From the IMG/VR virus record IMGVR_UViG_3300021400_000072: DNA of 64,000 nucleotides; one strand, given 5' to 3'. The notes under the pieces were generated by a model. That model saw only the letters and a list, made by a program, of their open reading frames with translations, was not told the origin of the DNA and did no database searches. The translations under genes and the position numbers were made by a program. This document shows positions 12,467-23,866 of the stretch, one piece after another; positions within the stretch are counted from its first letter, which is position 1; each line of letters starts with the position of its first letter. Origin of the DNA: a virus.

Positions 12467-15400
12467 TATTTTCCTCCATTCCATATCTTGCGGAAGCTAG
12501 TTCAATCCTTCTCCCATTTACATTCGTTATCAAATAAAGCTGGTGCCCGCCTGTGCTTTTATATTTCTTAGCTACGAAAGTATCATCTCGTCTATAACCT
12601 GTAACTAAAAGTTTATTACCACGAGTAAACCAACCTTTTTCTTTTACTTTTTTAACTCCTTCTTCATTCACTTCACTTATCTGTCTATTGAACATTGCAT
12701 AATAATCACGAGTAAATTTAACATTAACAGTTCCTGTTGGTGTTAAAAGTGTAACTATATGACGGGTATCATTTTTACCGATAACAGTTCCCGCAATCCT
12801 TTGTAACTTATAAATAGGAATTTGTTTTCCATTACGTTTAAAGAAATAATCTACTACAGGAGTTGAAGAAAGATTATTAAAATCTACGATACCATAAAAA
12901 TTATTATCAATATTTTTTAACTCATGGTCGTGATAATAGAAACATAATGATTTCATTTCCCAGAAAGAAATATTTCCTTCTGCATATTTATTCCATTCTT
13001 CTTCAAAAAGTTTTAAATTTAATTGTTTTAAAACTTCTTGTTGATTAGACTGTAACCAGTTCCGCACTTTATCCATTACTTTTGAATAAATCTTATCCCA
13101 TACCTTTTGTTTTATTACAAAACAATTATTTATAATTTCAATATTCTCCATATCAAAATGGTCGGAATAAAAATTCATACCGTTTTGGTCAGGCATTACA
13201 TAATAATCTTGCCATTTTCTAGCTTTTAAATATTTATTAAAATAATAAATAGTTTTTTCAAAATCTAAAGATTTGGGTAAAAGGTTATAGTTAATAAGAG
13301 TTGACATATTTTGAAGATTTAAACGGGTTTTAGGATTACTAGTTATAGATAAATAATAAACCATAGTCCAAGTACGTGGATCAATATTAAGAGATTCTGC
13401 ATCTTCTTTTGATAATTCATCAAAAGCACCAGCTTTAATTAAACTAATCATTGCTGTTTTATTTAACTTACATCTATTCATAAAATCTTTAATAGATACG
13501 TATGGACGGTTTTGTTTAATCTGGTCAACAACAGATGCACCTACATTACTTAATGCTTTCATACCGAATAAGATTTGATTATTTTCTACATCGGGTTTAA
13601 AACCATAATCTGATTTATTAATATCTACTAAACTAACTTCAATACCCGCATTAATAATTTCACCTAATGCTTTTGCAACCTTACCATAATCAGTCGCATT
13701 TTCTTTTTTCTTAATAGGAGTATCATCTTCATCATATTCAATATCATCTTCTTCCTCAAGGCTTCCGCTATTTACTACAAGACATGCGGCATCCCAATAA
13801 ATTGGACTCCAATGTGTAGCAATATAAGCAGTTTGAAAACCGATAAAGCTATAAGCTAAAGCGTGAATAATCGAAAAAGAATATCCCATCTGAGGACCGA
13901 CGCCATTTTCCCACACATATTTCCCTAATTTTTCTGAAGTGGCTTGGGTTAAAATTTTCTGACGTAATTCAGGAATTTTACTCATTTGCTTTTTACCGAC
14001 AATTTTACGGGCAGCGTTAGCTTCCGCAAGAGTAAAATGACAAATATTTTTATCCATAAGCATTAACATTAATTGCTCCTGGCTGGGCGGGACTCCATAA
14101 GATGATTTAAAATATGGAATCAATGTTTGTTGCTCTTCCTTTGTTAAACCTGCGGAATCCATTTCTTTATACCAAAGATCAAGATTATTTTTAAAACGAA
14201 TATATTTTTCCATAGGTGTTTCTGCTCCCTTTTCCGCAGTCATTAATCTCATAAGACCATTGGCGTCCGTTAATTCAAGAATTGTTGTAGGTTTAATCTT
14301 TTTAGCAGCTTGACTACCAACTTCTGAATCAAACTGGAATACATTTATTACTGTACCATTTTGAATTGCTTTCCATACATCTTTATCGTTTATTGGTAAA
14401 ACATTTGGATGGAAATATTTATCATATACAGGGCGTAAGTTAATTCCTGTATCTTCAATTATACCATCTTCTTGTAAAAACCTAATTGCTTGAGCAAGTT
14501 TGTCTTGAACTTCTGTAACCAAAAAATCATATTTAACAAGACCTGCGGCTTCACAATCATGTAGATCGTACTGTGTAATTATTTCTCCTTTTGGAGTTTT
14601 CATAAAACATCCAAATTCATATGGATCTTCATCGAAAAGAATTACACCAGAAGCGTGACTACTACGTTTATTTACAAGACCAACAATACCAAAAATAATA
14701 TCAAGAAGTCCTGGATATTCATTTACTTCCTTAACAAAAGCATGAACAGGTTCTCTATCTTTATCTTTATTACCATTTATAACATCTTCAAGAGGCCATA
14801 AAAATCCTCTCTCTGAAGGAATTAATGATGCTATATATTGTGCTTCATCGTTATCAATTCCATCTGGGAATTCTTCTGACCTATATCCGCGGCAGGCTGT
14901 AAGAACTGCGGACTTCGTCTGTTCTGTACCATATGTAGCTACTAAGGTACAACCTAGATTCTTTCGAGATAAATCATCTATATCAGGATTGAACCTACTG
15001 CCGCGCTCTTCTTTTATCTTTCTTACTATTGTTCCTTTTTTCGATGGACATATATCAATATCAATATCACCTAATTCAGTTCTTTCATCATTCATATAAC
15101 GAAAGAAAGGAAGGTTCCATTCAATTGGGTCAAGCTGAGTAATACCTAAAAGATAATGATTTAATGCGGCACATGATGAACCTCTTCCGGCACCGACAAG
15201 ACTTCCGCATTCCCATATCATATCAATATAATATTTAAGTGTAATAGGATATTTAAACATGTTTGTTCCAAGTTTTTCTCCTATTATTCTTTTTACTCTT
15301 GCTTCTTCTTCAAGTTCTTTTCCATATTCTGGAGTTAATAAATTCTTTTCTCTACAAGCATTAAGACATTCATTTACCCAGTATCTATCATAAATATCCG

Positions 15401-16388
15401 ATGATTCCATTAGACTTTGAAGAATTGGATATTTATTTAATGCAGTAGTAGTTTCTGGAGGATAATTTTTAACGGGAACACTTGGAATTGTTTGACTATG
15501 AAGTAAATCATATATTTGAATCTTTTCAAACATTTCCATACTATTTTTACAAAATTCATCTATCAACAAGCCAACAGACGGTTCAAGATTTTTTCTTAAA
15601 TCATCTTCGTCCTGAAGATACGCATATTCATAAAAAGCATCAGTTTCTCTCTCACCACCTTTAGAATTAAGATAAGCCTTATGAATATATCTATCTTCCT
15701 TTCTAAGATAATGAGCGTCGTCACCGATAACAACTTTCTTTCCATATAATTGTGCAATTTGCACTAATTTATTATTTGCAATAATTTGTTCTTTAGATGC
15801 TCCTGGCGCAATCTCAACGTAAAAATCATCACCAAAAACTTCATCAACAAATTTCATAAAATCAATAATTTGATTATATTTAATCGTTGCAGTTTCTATG
15901 TCTTCCATCTGGCGGGCTCGTTCCATTTCAACGATACAGCTTGAAAGTTCACCACCAAGACACGCAGACGTTGCTATAAGATGACCTGGATTCCGCCCAA
16001 CAATTTCTTTTAATTCGCTCTTGAGAGTTGGCACACGTTCCATACCTCTATCCCAATAAGAATTCATCCAAGCACGAGAAGACAATTGACGTAATTGTTT
16101 ATGACCTTCCGCATCTTTAGCAATTAATATAAAGTGATAATACTTTATACCATTTTGTCTTACATCTGTAAGATATATTTCATTACCTATTGCGATTTTA
16201 AAATCTGGATTTTCCTTTTGAAGTTTACAAACACGAATAGATTGGGCAAGGGTTTCATGGTCTGTGATAGCCAATCCCGCAAGCCCAATCTCTTTTCCTC
16301 GTTTTATGAGGTCTGGTAATTTATTTATACAATCGAGAAGTCTAAAGTTTGACATCTCTGTATGACAGTGTGGAACAAAACGTTGCAT
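12453..16388 (-). CDS. dnaE: DNA polymerase III alpha-type (DnaE-like) replicative polymerase with N-terminal PHP domain; 1311 aa; no TAG
   Basis: HCHTEMSNFRLLD...GLAGLAITDHETLAQ PHP motif, 1311 aa intact ORF, ends in TAA. Confidence 0.85.
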   Translation of the reverse strand: MQRFVPHCHTEMSNFRLLDCINKLPDLIKRGKEIGLAGLAITDHETLAQSIRVCKLQKENPDFKIAIGNEIYLTDVRQNGIKYYHFILIAKDAEGHKQLRQLSSRAWMNSYWDRGMERVPTLKSELKEIVGRNPGHLIATSACLGGELSSCIVEMERARQMEDIETATIKYNQIIDFMKFVDEVFGDDFYVEIAPGASKEQIIANNKLVQIAQLYGKKVVIGDDAHYLRKEDRYIHKAYLNSKGGERETDAFYEYAYLQDEDDLRKNLEPSVGLLIDEFCKNSMEMFEKIQIYDLLHSQTIPSVPVKNYPPETTTALNKYPILQSLMESSDIYDRYWVNECLNACREKNLLTPEYGKELEEEARVKRIIGEKLGTNMFKYPITLKYYIDMIWECGSLVGAGRGSSCAALNHYLLGITQLDPIEWNLPFFRYMNDERTELGDIDIDICPSKKGTIVRKIKEERGSRFNPDIDDLSRKNLGCTLVATYGTEQTKSAVLTACRGYRSEEFPDGIDNDEAQYIASLIPSERGFLWPLEDVINGNKDKDREPVHAFVKEVNEYPGLLDIIFGIVGLVNKRSSHASGVILFDEDPYEFGCFMKTPKGEIITQYDLHDCEAAGLVKYDFLVTEVQDKLAQAIRFLQEDGIIEDTGINLRPVYDKYFHPNVLPINDKDVWKAIQNGTVINVFQFDSEVGSQAAKKIKPTTILELTDANGLMRLMTAEKGAETPMEKYIRFKNNLDLWYKEMDSAGLTKEEQQTLIPYFKSSYGVPPSQEQLMLMLMDKNICHFTLAEANAARKIVGKKQMSKIPELRQKILTQATSEKLGKYVWENGVGPQMGYSFSIIHALAYSFIGFQTAYIATHWSPIYWDAACLVVNSGSLEEEDDIEYDEDDTPIKKKENATDYGKVAKALGEIINAGIEVSLVDINKSDYGFKPDVENNQILFGMKALSNVGASVVDQIKQNRPYVSIKDFMNRCKLNKTAMISLIKAGAFDELSKEDAESLNIDPRTWTMVYYLSITSNPKTRLNLQNMSTLINYNLLPKSLDFEKTIYYFNKYLKARKWQDYYVMPDQNGMNFYSDHFDMENIEIINNCFVIKQKVWDKIYSKVMDKVRNWLQSNQQEVLKQLNLKLFEEEWNKYAEGNISFWEMKSLCFYYHDHELKNIDNNFYGIVDFNNLSSTPVVDYFFKRNGKQIPIYKLQRIAGTVIGKNDTRHIVTLLTPTGTVNVKFTRDYYAMFNRQISEVNEEGVKKVKEKGWFTRGNKLLVTGYRRDDTFVAKKYKSTGGHQLYLITNVNGRRIELASARYGMEENNESL

Positions 16389-16394
16389 ATATTA

Positions 16395-16445
16395 AACCTC
16401 TCTTTAATTTATTATATAAATATTATATCATAATTTTTATTAATT
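16395..16445 (-). promoter_or_regulatory. Sigma-70-type promoter upstream of the polymerase gene
   Basis: Minus strand reads TTGACA-17 nt-TATAAT, then AAAGAGAGG RBS and ATG. Confidence 0.45.
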
Positions 16446-16450
16446 GTCAA

Positions 16451-16672
16451 TTAAACCCAATCAGGAAATTTTGGAAGTGATTCAGTGTCTCTTGTCGTTG
16501 CAAGAGGTTTTCTTTCAAATTCTTTACAAAAAACATAAAATTCAATTATTTCAGGACAAGATTCATTATCTATCTTATTTTCAACTTGTGAAATAACTTC
16601 AGGTACTTCAATTTCTGTATATTTACATACGTTTACTTTTTTACATTCTTCACAATTAAAATTTTTATTCAT
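16451..16672 (-). CDS. Hypothetical protein, 73 aa
   Basis: Intact ORF. Confidence 0.35.
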   Translation of the reverse strand: MNKNFNCEECKKVNVCKYTEIEVPEVISQVENKIDNESCPEIIEFYVFCKEFERKPLATTRDTESLPKFPDWV

Positions 16673-16692
16673 TATAAATTTTCCCTTTTCTA

Positions 16693-16923
16693 TTAACGAA
16701 AAATACTAATAATTTCAAGAACTGTTCCACACTTATCACAAGAATAAATATATCCTGTATAAGATTCATGGCCCACAGCTTCTTGGTATACCCAATGCCC
16801 GCCACAGTTATTGTGTATACCATTATTATAATTTTTTCTATTTAAAAATACGATACCACTTATCATTAATATCATTAATCCAATTGTGGATAATATTAAT
16901 ATTTTATATTTTGTCTCTATCAT
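16693..16923 (-). CDS. Small membrane protein with C-terminal CxxC pair, 76 aa
   Basis: Hydrophobic helix ILILSTIGLMILMISGIVFL; CGGHW...CDKCG. Confidence 0.4.
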   Translation of the reverse strand: MIETKYKILILSTIGLMILMISGIVFLNRKNYNNGIHNNCGGHWVYQEAVGHESYTGYIYSCDKCGTVLEIISIFR

Positions 16924-16925
16924 AT

Positions 16926-18098
16926 TTACCTCACCAAAACTAATTTATCACTGGCTCTTGTAACTGCCGTATAAAGCCATCTTGCATGTTCTTCTCTATC
17001 AAAAGGAAAAGATTCTTCTAACACACAAACGTTATCCCATTCACTGCCCTGTGATTTATGACATGTAATGGCATATCCATAAGTAAATTCCATCGGAACA
17101 AGATGAGCAGTTTTACGATTAGAAGTAAGTTTATAAATTTTACGATAATCTAAACATCTTTCTCCCGTAAGAATTTGTTTTTCATCCATTTGAAGTGGAC
17201 CAAAATTTGCATTACTATCAGAAGTAAAGTCTGCTTTTAAAACTTTAATAATATCACCACCTGCCCAACCAGGTGTTCTATTATAAGTTTCATATATATT
17301 ACTAATATAACCGATAGTTCCATTTACAAGAGGGTCATAATTATCTGCTTGATAATCCCAATAATTTCTAAGACAAATAACTTTATCACCATCTTCTGGC
17401 TTGTTACCGCGTCCCATTAAATCTCTCATTTTATTATTAATGGTAACACGTGTTGCATTTGTTCCTACTAGTATCTGGTCTGCCCATTTAAGTACGCCAG
17501 TATTTAAATCCTTTTTAGGCATAACAATTACATCTGAGCCAACAGAATAATCGAAAGATTCTTTATTGCGGACTTGCATAGAAAGTCTGATAATTTCAGA
17601 ATCTAATGCCTGTCGCATAATTTCATCAAGAAATACATCTGGAGTATTTAATAAACCATTATCTTGATTTTTATCTACTGGCGGAAGCTGGAACGGATCA
17701 CCTAAAGCTATAATAAATACGTTATGAGAAAAAAGAAGTTCCATTAACTGTTTAGGAGCCATCGAAACTTCATCTACAATAACTACTTTATAATCTACAG
17801 TAGCTTTAGGAATACGGAAAAAAGTCCCATCAGGTTTAGGAATACTTTCATAAAGAAGTTTATGTAAAGTGTAAACATTTACATTACCCTTTTTAAGAAG
17901 AACTTGCGCAGCCTTTCCTGTATAACAAGCATATGCTACATCACACTCTTCTACTCCAGGTAAATTTTGAACAATAAACTTTACTAATGTAGATTTACCG
18001 GCGCCCGCGTATCCAGATATTACACAATATTTTTCACCATTAATATATTTTTCAATACAAGTTTTTAATCCTTGTTCCTGTTTTTTTGTAAGAATCAT
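16926..18098 (-). CDS. SF1 Dda/RecD-like DNA helicase, 390 aa; no TAG
   Basis: Walker A GYAGAGKST, Walker B VIVDEVSM, motifs AITCHKSQGSEWD and YTAVTRA. Confidence 0.8.
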   Translation of the reverse strand: MILTKKQEQGLKTCIEKYINGEKYCVISGYAGAGKSTLVKFIVQNLPGVEECDVAYACYTGKAAQVLLKKGNVNVYTLHKLLYESIPKPDGTFFRIPKATVDYKVVIVDEVSMAPKQLMELLFSHNVFIIALGDPFQLPPVDKNQDNGLLNTPDVFLDEIMRQALDSEIIRLSMQVRNKESFDYSVGSDVIVMPKKDLNTGVLKWADQILVGTNATRVTINNKMRDLMGRGNKPEDGDKVICLRNYWDYQADNYDPLVNGTIGYISNIYETYNRTPGWAGGDIIKVLKADFTSDSNANFGPLQMDEKQILTGERCLDYRKIYKLTSNRKTAHLVPMEFTYGYAITCHKSQGSEWDNVCVLEESFPFDREEHARWLYTAVTRASDKLVLVR

Positions 18099-18364
18099 TA
18101 TTCATGTTCTCCTATCGTTTCATCTAAAATTTCACAAAAACGTATTATATCTCGTTTAGCCGCATCATAATATTTAGATTTTTCAGATTTATGATCTCTT
18201 TGCCATTCTAATTCAGCCATAGCTTCCCTTGCTCTGATATATCTATATACTAAAGAATCATATTGGTAACCTTTTAATTTTTTTTCATCTTTTTTCGTAA
18301 ATAATTTAAAAACACTATCACCAATTCCTATTTCTTTTATTTCTGTGCCTACAAATTCTGCCAT
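18098..18364 (-). CDS. Hypothetical protein, 88 aa
   Basis: Intact ORF. Confidence 0.35.
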   Translation of the reverse strand: MAEFVGTEIKEIGIGDSVFKLFTKKDEKKLKGYQYDSLVYRYIRAREAMAELEWQRDHKSEKSKYYDAAKRDIIRFCEILDETIGEHE

Positions 18365-18429
18365 TATTTTTCTCCTTTTTATTCTTATATTATAATTTTA
18401 TCATAAAAAAATAAAAAATGCAAAATCGA

Positions 18430-18478
18430 AATAAAAAAGACCAAGACCTAATTTTAAATCAGAATCTTGGTCCAGCGC
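18430..18478 (-). terminator. Rho-independent terminator after the RecJ-like gene, followed by a promoter-like TTGCAT...TAAAAT/TATAAT
   Basis: gaccaaga...tcttggtc stem, then TTTTTTATTT on the minus strand. Confidence 0.5.
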
Positions 18479-18496
18479 GCGCCCAGCAGATTAAAA

Positions 18497-20278
18497 TACA
18501 AAATTGCCTCGGTCTATAACCTAATAGTCCTATATAAAAATTTGAGGAGTTACATTTCCCATCCATTCGTTTTGATGTGCTCTCCCTATTATATTTAATT
18601 CATAATAGCCAGAAGTATTCTGTAACATATAACACTCTTCATCAGTTGCTTTAAATTTAATTAATGATATACCTTGTGGAGTAGTTATTTTTAAAGTATT
18701 ATTTTTCTTAACATAAACTGTTACCATATCTGAAGTTACTTTTAAATGCTAAATACATATAAATGGTTCATCTATATCTTTTCCCCATAAATCCTACATA
18801 TTAGCAATAGTAAGTATATCATTTGGATTTATATTATTTCCTTGATAAATATAATCCACATAATACATTGCCTAATTAGGCATATCTTTTAATAGTTCAT
18901 CTGTCTTTTCTATAAAGGCGGGAATGTTTTCCTACAATATACCTAAACCAAATGCACCAGGATGACCTACCTAATACATCGTTAAACCTGTGTCCGCGCA
19001 TATACTTTTAAAATCATTTATTCCGACTTTATCACATCCTCTTGCGGAACCTTGATAAGATATAATTCCATTATCTATTACTTTTGTTAATAAACACGTA
19101 GGTCTTTGATATTTAGCCATAATTTTATTAGCAATTAAACCTGCAATATTCTTATCAACTTGGCCAGGTTCAAGTAAAAATAATAATACTTTATGGTCTA
19201 AAAGATGTTGCTCCTATATCATTCTTTCTATTGTTTGTAATCCACTATCTTGTGCTTTTGTTTGTCTGTTCTTTACGTTAGTAACAATTCTCATTACTTG
19301 CTAAACAAGTTGTTCTTGCTAACCTAAGAAATGTCCTCTTTTTGTAGAAGGTAACATTTTAAATGCTTTGTATTTTAACATAGATTCAAACGTTAGTGTT
19401 TTTTCTTCTACTGTACCACTTCTACAGATAGCATTAATATACGGAGCCACATAAAAAGCCACACTCATATGATTAATTTTATTATTCATAGAAAAGGCAT
19501 TTTTTTCAGATAAGTTTACAAAGAATGGGTTTTTAAGATTATGAAAACCTTTATTAATAAGATGTTTCGTTTCAATAGATAGCATAGACATCATATCCGC
19601 GCAATTGCCTAATGCCATTAAATCTGTATAATTATCAGCATTATTAATACCAAGTAATGAATCTAAATAACGACAAAATTGCCAAACTATACCTGCTCCG
19701 CTAAAATCTTTATTAGGATAATCTGATAATTGATTATTTATAACAATAGCATCAGGATTTTCAATATCACAAATATGATGGTCTAAAATAATTGTATCAA
19801 TACCATTTTGTTTTAAACGAGTACATTCATCTACATCATTTGAGCCTGCATCTGGTATAATAACAAGAGAATAGTATGAATACCAATTATCAGACAATGA
19901 TTCATTTTCTTTTAATATCTAATCTATATGGTCATTTAATCCGTGCTGTTTACCCTCATGAACGCGATAATCTATTTTATTTTTTACCCAAACTGGGAAC
20001 AAATCATATAAATAGTTAATCAAAATTGCAGAACTTGTAAAACCATCAGCATCACTATCTACTATTATTAAACATCTATGATTATCTTGAATAGTTTTCA
20101 TTAGAATTTTTGCGGCCGCTCGCAGTTTTAATACATCTAATTCTTTAAAAGAATTTATATCGTTATCGGTTGTATTAAGATAATGATATACTTCATTATA
20201 AGGAACTCCCCTATTAGTTAGAATTTGTTCTATTGTTGAATAACTCTGATTAATAGGATTTATTAATTGATATTTCAT
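18497..20278 (-). CDS. RecJ-like DHH-family ssDNA exonuclease (about 593 aa); about 12 in-frame TAG
   Basis: DSDADG and IILDHH motifs. ORF-track 19919.., 19319.. and 18530.. are one frame, joined only by TAG. Confidence 0.8.
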
Positions 20279-20335
20279 ATTTTTTGTTACCTTTCTTTTA
20301 TTATTTTTTCTTCTTTATATAATAACAAAAAAAAT

Positions 20336-20365
20336 TTGAGTTGTCAAATTTACATGACAACTCAA
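20336..20365 (-). terminator. Hairpin with T-run after the primase gene
   Basis: tgagttgtca aatttaca tgacaactca, then TTTTTTTT on the minus strand. Confidence 0.5.
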
Positions 20366-21513
20366 ATAATAATCCTATTCTTAAATAATTCTAGAAAAAT
20401 ATCAGGTCCATTATCAATAGGGGACATTTTAAAATCTAATAGATGTTCTTTATCCCATAAAAAACTTATTTGTACTTTTGTACAATATTTTTTATTAATA
20501 TCAATTAATTTTTTAGTCCATTTTTTCCAATTATCATCTCCAGTTTCTTCATATTGTCTATCGAAACCAATAATAATTTCTTGAACTCCAAGAGATAAAA
20601 GCATATCAATTTGATAATTAATTAAATTACTTCCACATGCGGCAACTGTAATATCATTCTCGATACCGAAATAACTTTCATATAGAAGCGGACTTTTTTC
20701 ACCTTCGAAAATAATAGCCTTTTTTATATTATGTATATTATTTTTACTAACGTTAATATTATATAAGTTAAAGCCTAAAGGATGATTATACATTTTTCCG
20801 TGAATAATAGCAGGAATATATTTACCTTTCGTTTCATTTTCTTTAAGGAGTGTCCGCTCTCTAATACCAATTAGTTCTCCATTAATATTATAATGGGGAA
20901 TAAGTATACCTTGAGTTATAGGATTGTAACGTATATTATGATATTGAATTACCTCTTGTGATATACCTTCTTTAATCCATGGGAGTATAATAGGCTGTGG
21001 AAAATTTTTTAAAAAATCGCATTGAAAAGTGTTGAGAGAGACAATTTGATTGCTTGATTTTTTATGTTTTTTTGCTTCTAATTTTGAGAAAATTTGCCAA
21101 TCTGGTAATTCTGAATGTTTCTCTGAAAATATTTCATTTGGCGGCTCAATATTAAAAAAGACTGCAACATAATGAACAGCATCAGGTAAATCCCATGGTC
21201 GAGAAACTTTTTTGCCTTCTTTAGACCAATAAACTATTTGTTCCTGTGCTGTTGCTTTTATTTTTAATGTTAATTCAAAAATATCAAATGTATCATTGCA
21301 TTGAGTAAAACATTTAAATAATTTTGTATTATCATAATAATATAATTTAAAAGAACCATGACCAGGCGGATTATGACAAATTGTACGTGATACAATTACA
21401 TCATGATGAATCTGTGGTTCTCCGCCCATATCAGTAAGGAATTCATATACCTGGTCAATCGTCAAATTGTTCTTTATATCTTCAAGATATTTTTTACGTT
21501 CTAATTCATTCAT
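20362..21513 (-). CDS. DNA primase (CHC2 zinc finger + TOPRIM), 383 aa; no TAG
   Basis: CHNPPGHGSFKLYYYDNTKLFKCFTQC zinc finger; IIFEGEKS TOPRIM. Confidence 0.8.
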   Translation of the reverse strand: MNELERKKYLEDIKNNLTIDQVYEFLTDMGGEPQIHHDVIVSRTICHNPPGHGSFKLYYYDNTKLFKCFTQCNDTFDIFELTLKIKATAQEQIVYWSKEGKKVSRPWDLPDAVHYVAVFFNIEPPNEIFSEKHSELPDWQIFSKLEAKKHKKSSNQIVSLNTFQCDFLKNFPQPIILPWIKEGISQEVIQYHNIRYNPITQGILIPHYNINGELIGIRERTLLKENETKGKYIPAIIHGKMYNHPLGFNLYNINVSKNNIHNIKKAIIFEGEKSPLLYESYFGIENDITVAACGSNLINYQIDMLLSLGVQEIIIGFDRQYEETGDDNWKKWTKKLIDINKKYCTKVQISFLWDKEHLLDFKMSPIDNGPDIFLELFKNRIII

Positions 21514-23051
21514 TAAAACGCACCTTTCTCTGGAATAACATTAACTTTAAAATCTTCCATTTCAATTAATTCATAAACATATGATGTAGCAAATATAGGA
21601 TTGATTCTACATGTACCTAAATCCGCTTTACACCATAAAAGAATATGATTGTACCTACCTCGTCTATTTTTATATATAGACATTTTAAGATTAGGAATTT
21701 CCATACCCTTTTCAGAACAAAGTTTATTTATAACTTCTTTATCTGCTTCCGTTAAATTAAGTAAGATACTGCCTGCATCAATTTTATCAGCAATGGATTT
21801 TGCACCACGAAGAAGGTTTTGGTCAAAAATTGTAACGCTAGTATAATCACCATTTAATTGTGTACTTGACATAATGAAAATATTATTTTCAACAGCAAGG
21901 TCTTTAAGTCTAACGCTAATCATAAAAAGAACATTATCTTCTCTTAAACCTTTTACGGACGCGCGAGATGCTACTTCATGAAGAATTTTCATACTACTAT
22001 GAATATAATCTAAAAAGAAATAACTAACGTTATAGCTTCTAATAGAAGTTTTAACTACATTTTCAATATCCTTTAAAGAGAAATCATGGAGTTCTTTTAA
22101 GTATAAAGGACTCTTTTCAATTAAATCAATAGCATGAAGAACTCTTTCTTCTTCGTCTCCAACATATTTATATGTCAGAATGTGCTCTTCATTTACGCCA
22201 GATAGGAAAGCCCACATCATAGTTTGAACTTCATCAAATTCTTGTTCCGTCATAACATACATAGTTGGTTGTGCGGGACCTGTACTTACCCATTGCTTCT
22301 TTTCTAAATCATAAATTTCATCACAACCAATATAACAAGCATCTGCGGCCATCGCTCTGGATTTACCTACATTAGTCGCTGCTGAGCGTAAATAAAATTT
22401 GCCAAGGCGAGCACCACGGAACACGGTATTGATAAGTCTTCCATATAGAGGATAACCAATATCAGGATTATTTTTTAATTGCTCAAATAACTGGCGGCCG
22501 CCTTTACCGGCTTGAATTATACCGTCTGCCGCTCCGCCAGAATGTTTTTGTTTAATATTATCAATTCTTTCATCAATTAAATCAATAATTTCTTGCTCAG
22601 TGTGATTATCTAACCAATCTTCTTGTGCCTGTTTTTTCTTTTGGTCAAAAATATTGTTTAAATCATATAACCAAGATAAATCCATACCTACTTCTTCATT
22701 ATATAATCTAAGTAGTGTCATTTTTTTTAAACGATGGTAATAATAATTAAATGCGGCAACTTGTGAATTTTCACTTATTTTTTCAAGATATTCTGACCCA
22801 CGGTTAGCTTTGTATACAGCTAATTTTTTTGGTCTTGATTCAAGATAATCTTCTATATTGGCGGAAGTTACTTGTTTTACTCCAAGCTGATGTAAATTAT
22901 AAATACTACCAAAAACAACTTGATGAAATTCTTCGATAAAATCTTCAAGAGTAAAAGTGTATTGCTCGTTATCTAATATATCGGGATTTTGATATACACT
23001 ACCTATAACTTGAATAATTGCTGATGTATCTATATATCTAACTTTACTCAT
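21513..23051 (-). CDS. DnaB-like replicative helicase, 512 aa; no TAG
   Basis: C-terminal RecA-like ATPase (SAATNVGKSRAMAADACYIG). Position next to primase, primase-helicase layout. Confidence 0.6.
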   Translation of the reverse strand: MSKVRYIDTSAIIQVIGSVYQNPDILDNEQYTFTLEDFIEEFHQVVFGSIYNLHQLGVKQVTSANIEDYLESRPKKLAVYKANRGSEYLEKISENSQVAAFNYYYHRLKKMTLLRLYNEEVGMDLSWLYDLNNIFDQKKKQAQEDWLDNHTEQEIIDLIDERIDNIKQKHSGGAADGIIQAGKGGRQLFEQLKNNPDIGYPLYGRLINTVFRGARLGKFYLRSAATNVGKSRAMAADACYIGCDEIYDLEKKQWVSTGPAQPTMYVMTEQEFDEVQTMMWAFLSGVNEEHILTYKYVGDEEERVLHAIDLIEKSPLYLKELHDFSLKDIENVVKTSIRSYNVSYFFLDYIHSSMKILHEVASRASVKGLREDNVLFMISVRLKDLAVENNIFIMSSTQLNGDYTSVTIFDQNLLRGAKSIADKIDAGSILLNLTEADKEVINKLCSEKGMEIPNLKMSIYKNRRGRYNHILLWCKADLGTCRINPIFATSYVYELIEMEDFKVNVIPEKGAF

Positions 23052-23283
23052 CCTCTACCTCTATTGTATAAAAGAATTCGCTATGAGAACCTACATCATA
23101 CCAAATTTTTTTATCGTTATTTTCATCTTTCCAAGTTCTATAGTAATGCATTACAAAAGGATAAACTTTTCCTTCATTACACTTATTGATAAAATTCTGA
23201 ATGTGTTTTATTACATGTTCTGCGGAACAGGTAGTAATTAAAGTATCATTTTCATATCTATCAGAAAAATAAAGTTTTACCAT
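23044..23283 (-). CDS. Hypothetical protein, 79 aa
   Basis: Intact ORF. Confidence 0.35.
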   Translation of the reverse strand: MVKLYFSDRYENDTLITTCSAEHVIKHIQNFINKCNEGKVYPFVMHYYRTWKDENNDKKIWYDVGSHSEFFYTIEVEDE

Positions 23284-23783
23284 TATTCATCTCCTAAATC
23301 TAAAAGGCGGGGCGCAGGTCTTTTGGGCTGAGGAGGTACAATATTAAACTCAACAACCTGCTGCCGCATTTGCTTGTTACTATTTTGGTATTGCGTTATA
23401 TATAATTGTTGATAATATTTCTTTACATCTTCGTAAATATAAGGAATAATACCAATTCCGCCATGGCCTTCTTCTAAATTACCATGATTAATATTATAAA
23501 ACCAATGTAGACATCCTGTCATACCGCTCCAGGTATAACCGTATTGTTTTATAAAATTTAAGGCTTGTTTATTAATCATTACATAATTATAACCTGGCCC
23601 GTATATACTTTTTACACATTTAAAAAAATTCTCTTTATCAATTTCCTCTTGTTTAACGCTATCGTCTTGAGACTCTGCACACTCTTTATGAGCATATCTT
23701 CGTGCTCCTACTTTAACAAAAGGTTCTTTATCTCGGTCAAAGGACTTTCCGCAATAAAGACATTTTACCATATGTACAGCCAT
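23283..23783 (-). CDS. Hypothetical zinc-finger protein, 166 aa
   Basis: CLYCGK...HKEC. Confidence 0.4.
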   Translation of the reverse strand: MAVHMVKCLYCGKSFDRDKEPFVKVGARRYAHKECAESQDDSVKQEEIDKENFFKCVKSIYGPGYNYVMINKQALNFIKQYGYTWSGMTGCLHWFYNINHGNLEEGHGGIGIIPYIYEDVKKYYQQLYITQYQNSNKQMRQQVVEFNIVPPQPKRPAPRLLDLGDE

Positions 23784-23825
23784 TTTATTTCCTCATTTTA
23801 TTTTTATTATATCATTTTTTTTATA

Positions 23826-23865
23826 AAAAAACAAGGTAGTGATTTATATCGCTACCTTGTTTTTA
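23826..23865. terminator. Hairpin terminator
   Basis: acaaggtagtgat ttat atcgctaccttgt with T-runs on both sides. Confidence 0.5.
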
Positions 23866-23866
23866 A

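Noticed and set aside
12338-12571. Plus-strand 77-aa ORF and other small ORFs overlapping the polymerase end.
   Set aside because: Antisense to a real minus-strand small gene and the pol C-terminus. Low complexity.
20279-20361. TTGACA inside the primase terminator hairpin, considered as a promoter.
   Set aside because: The spacing to the nearest TATA-like element is about 21 nt, too long. The hairpin plus T-run is better explained as a terminator.
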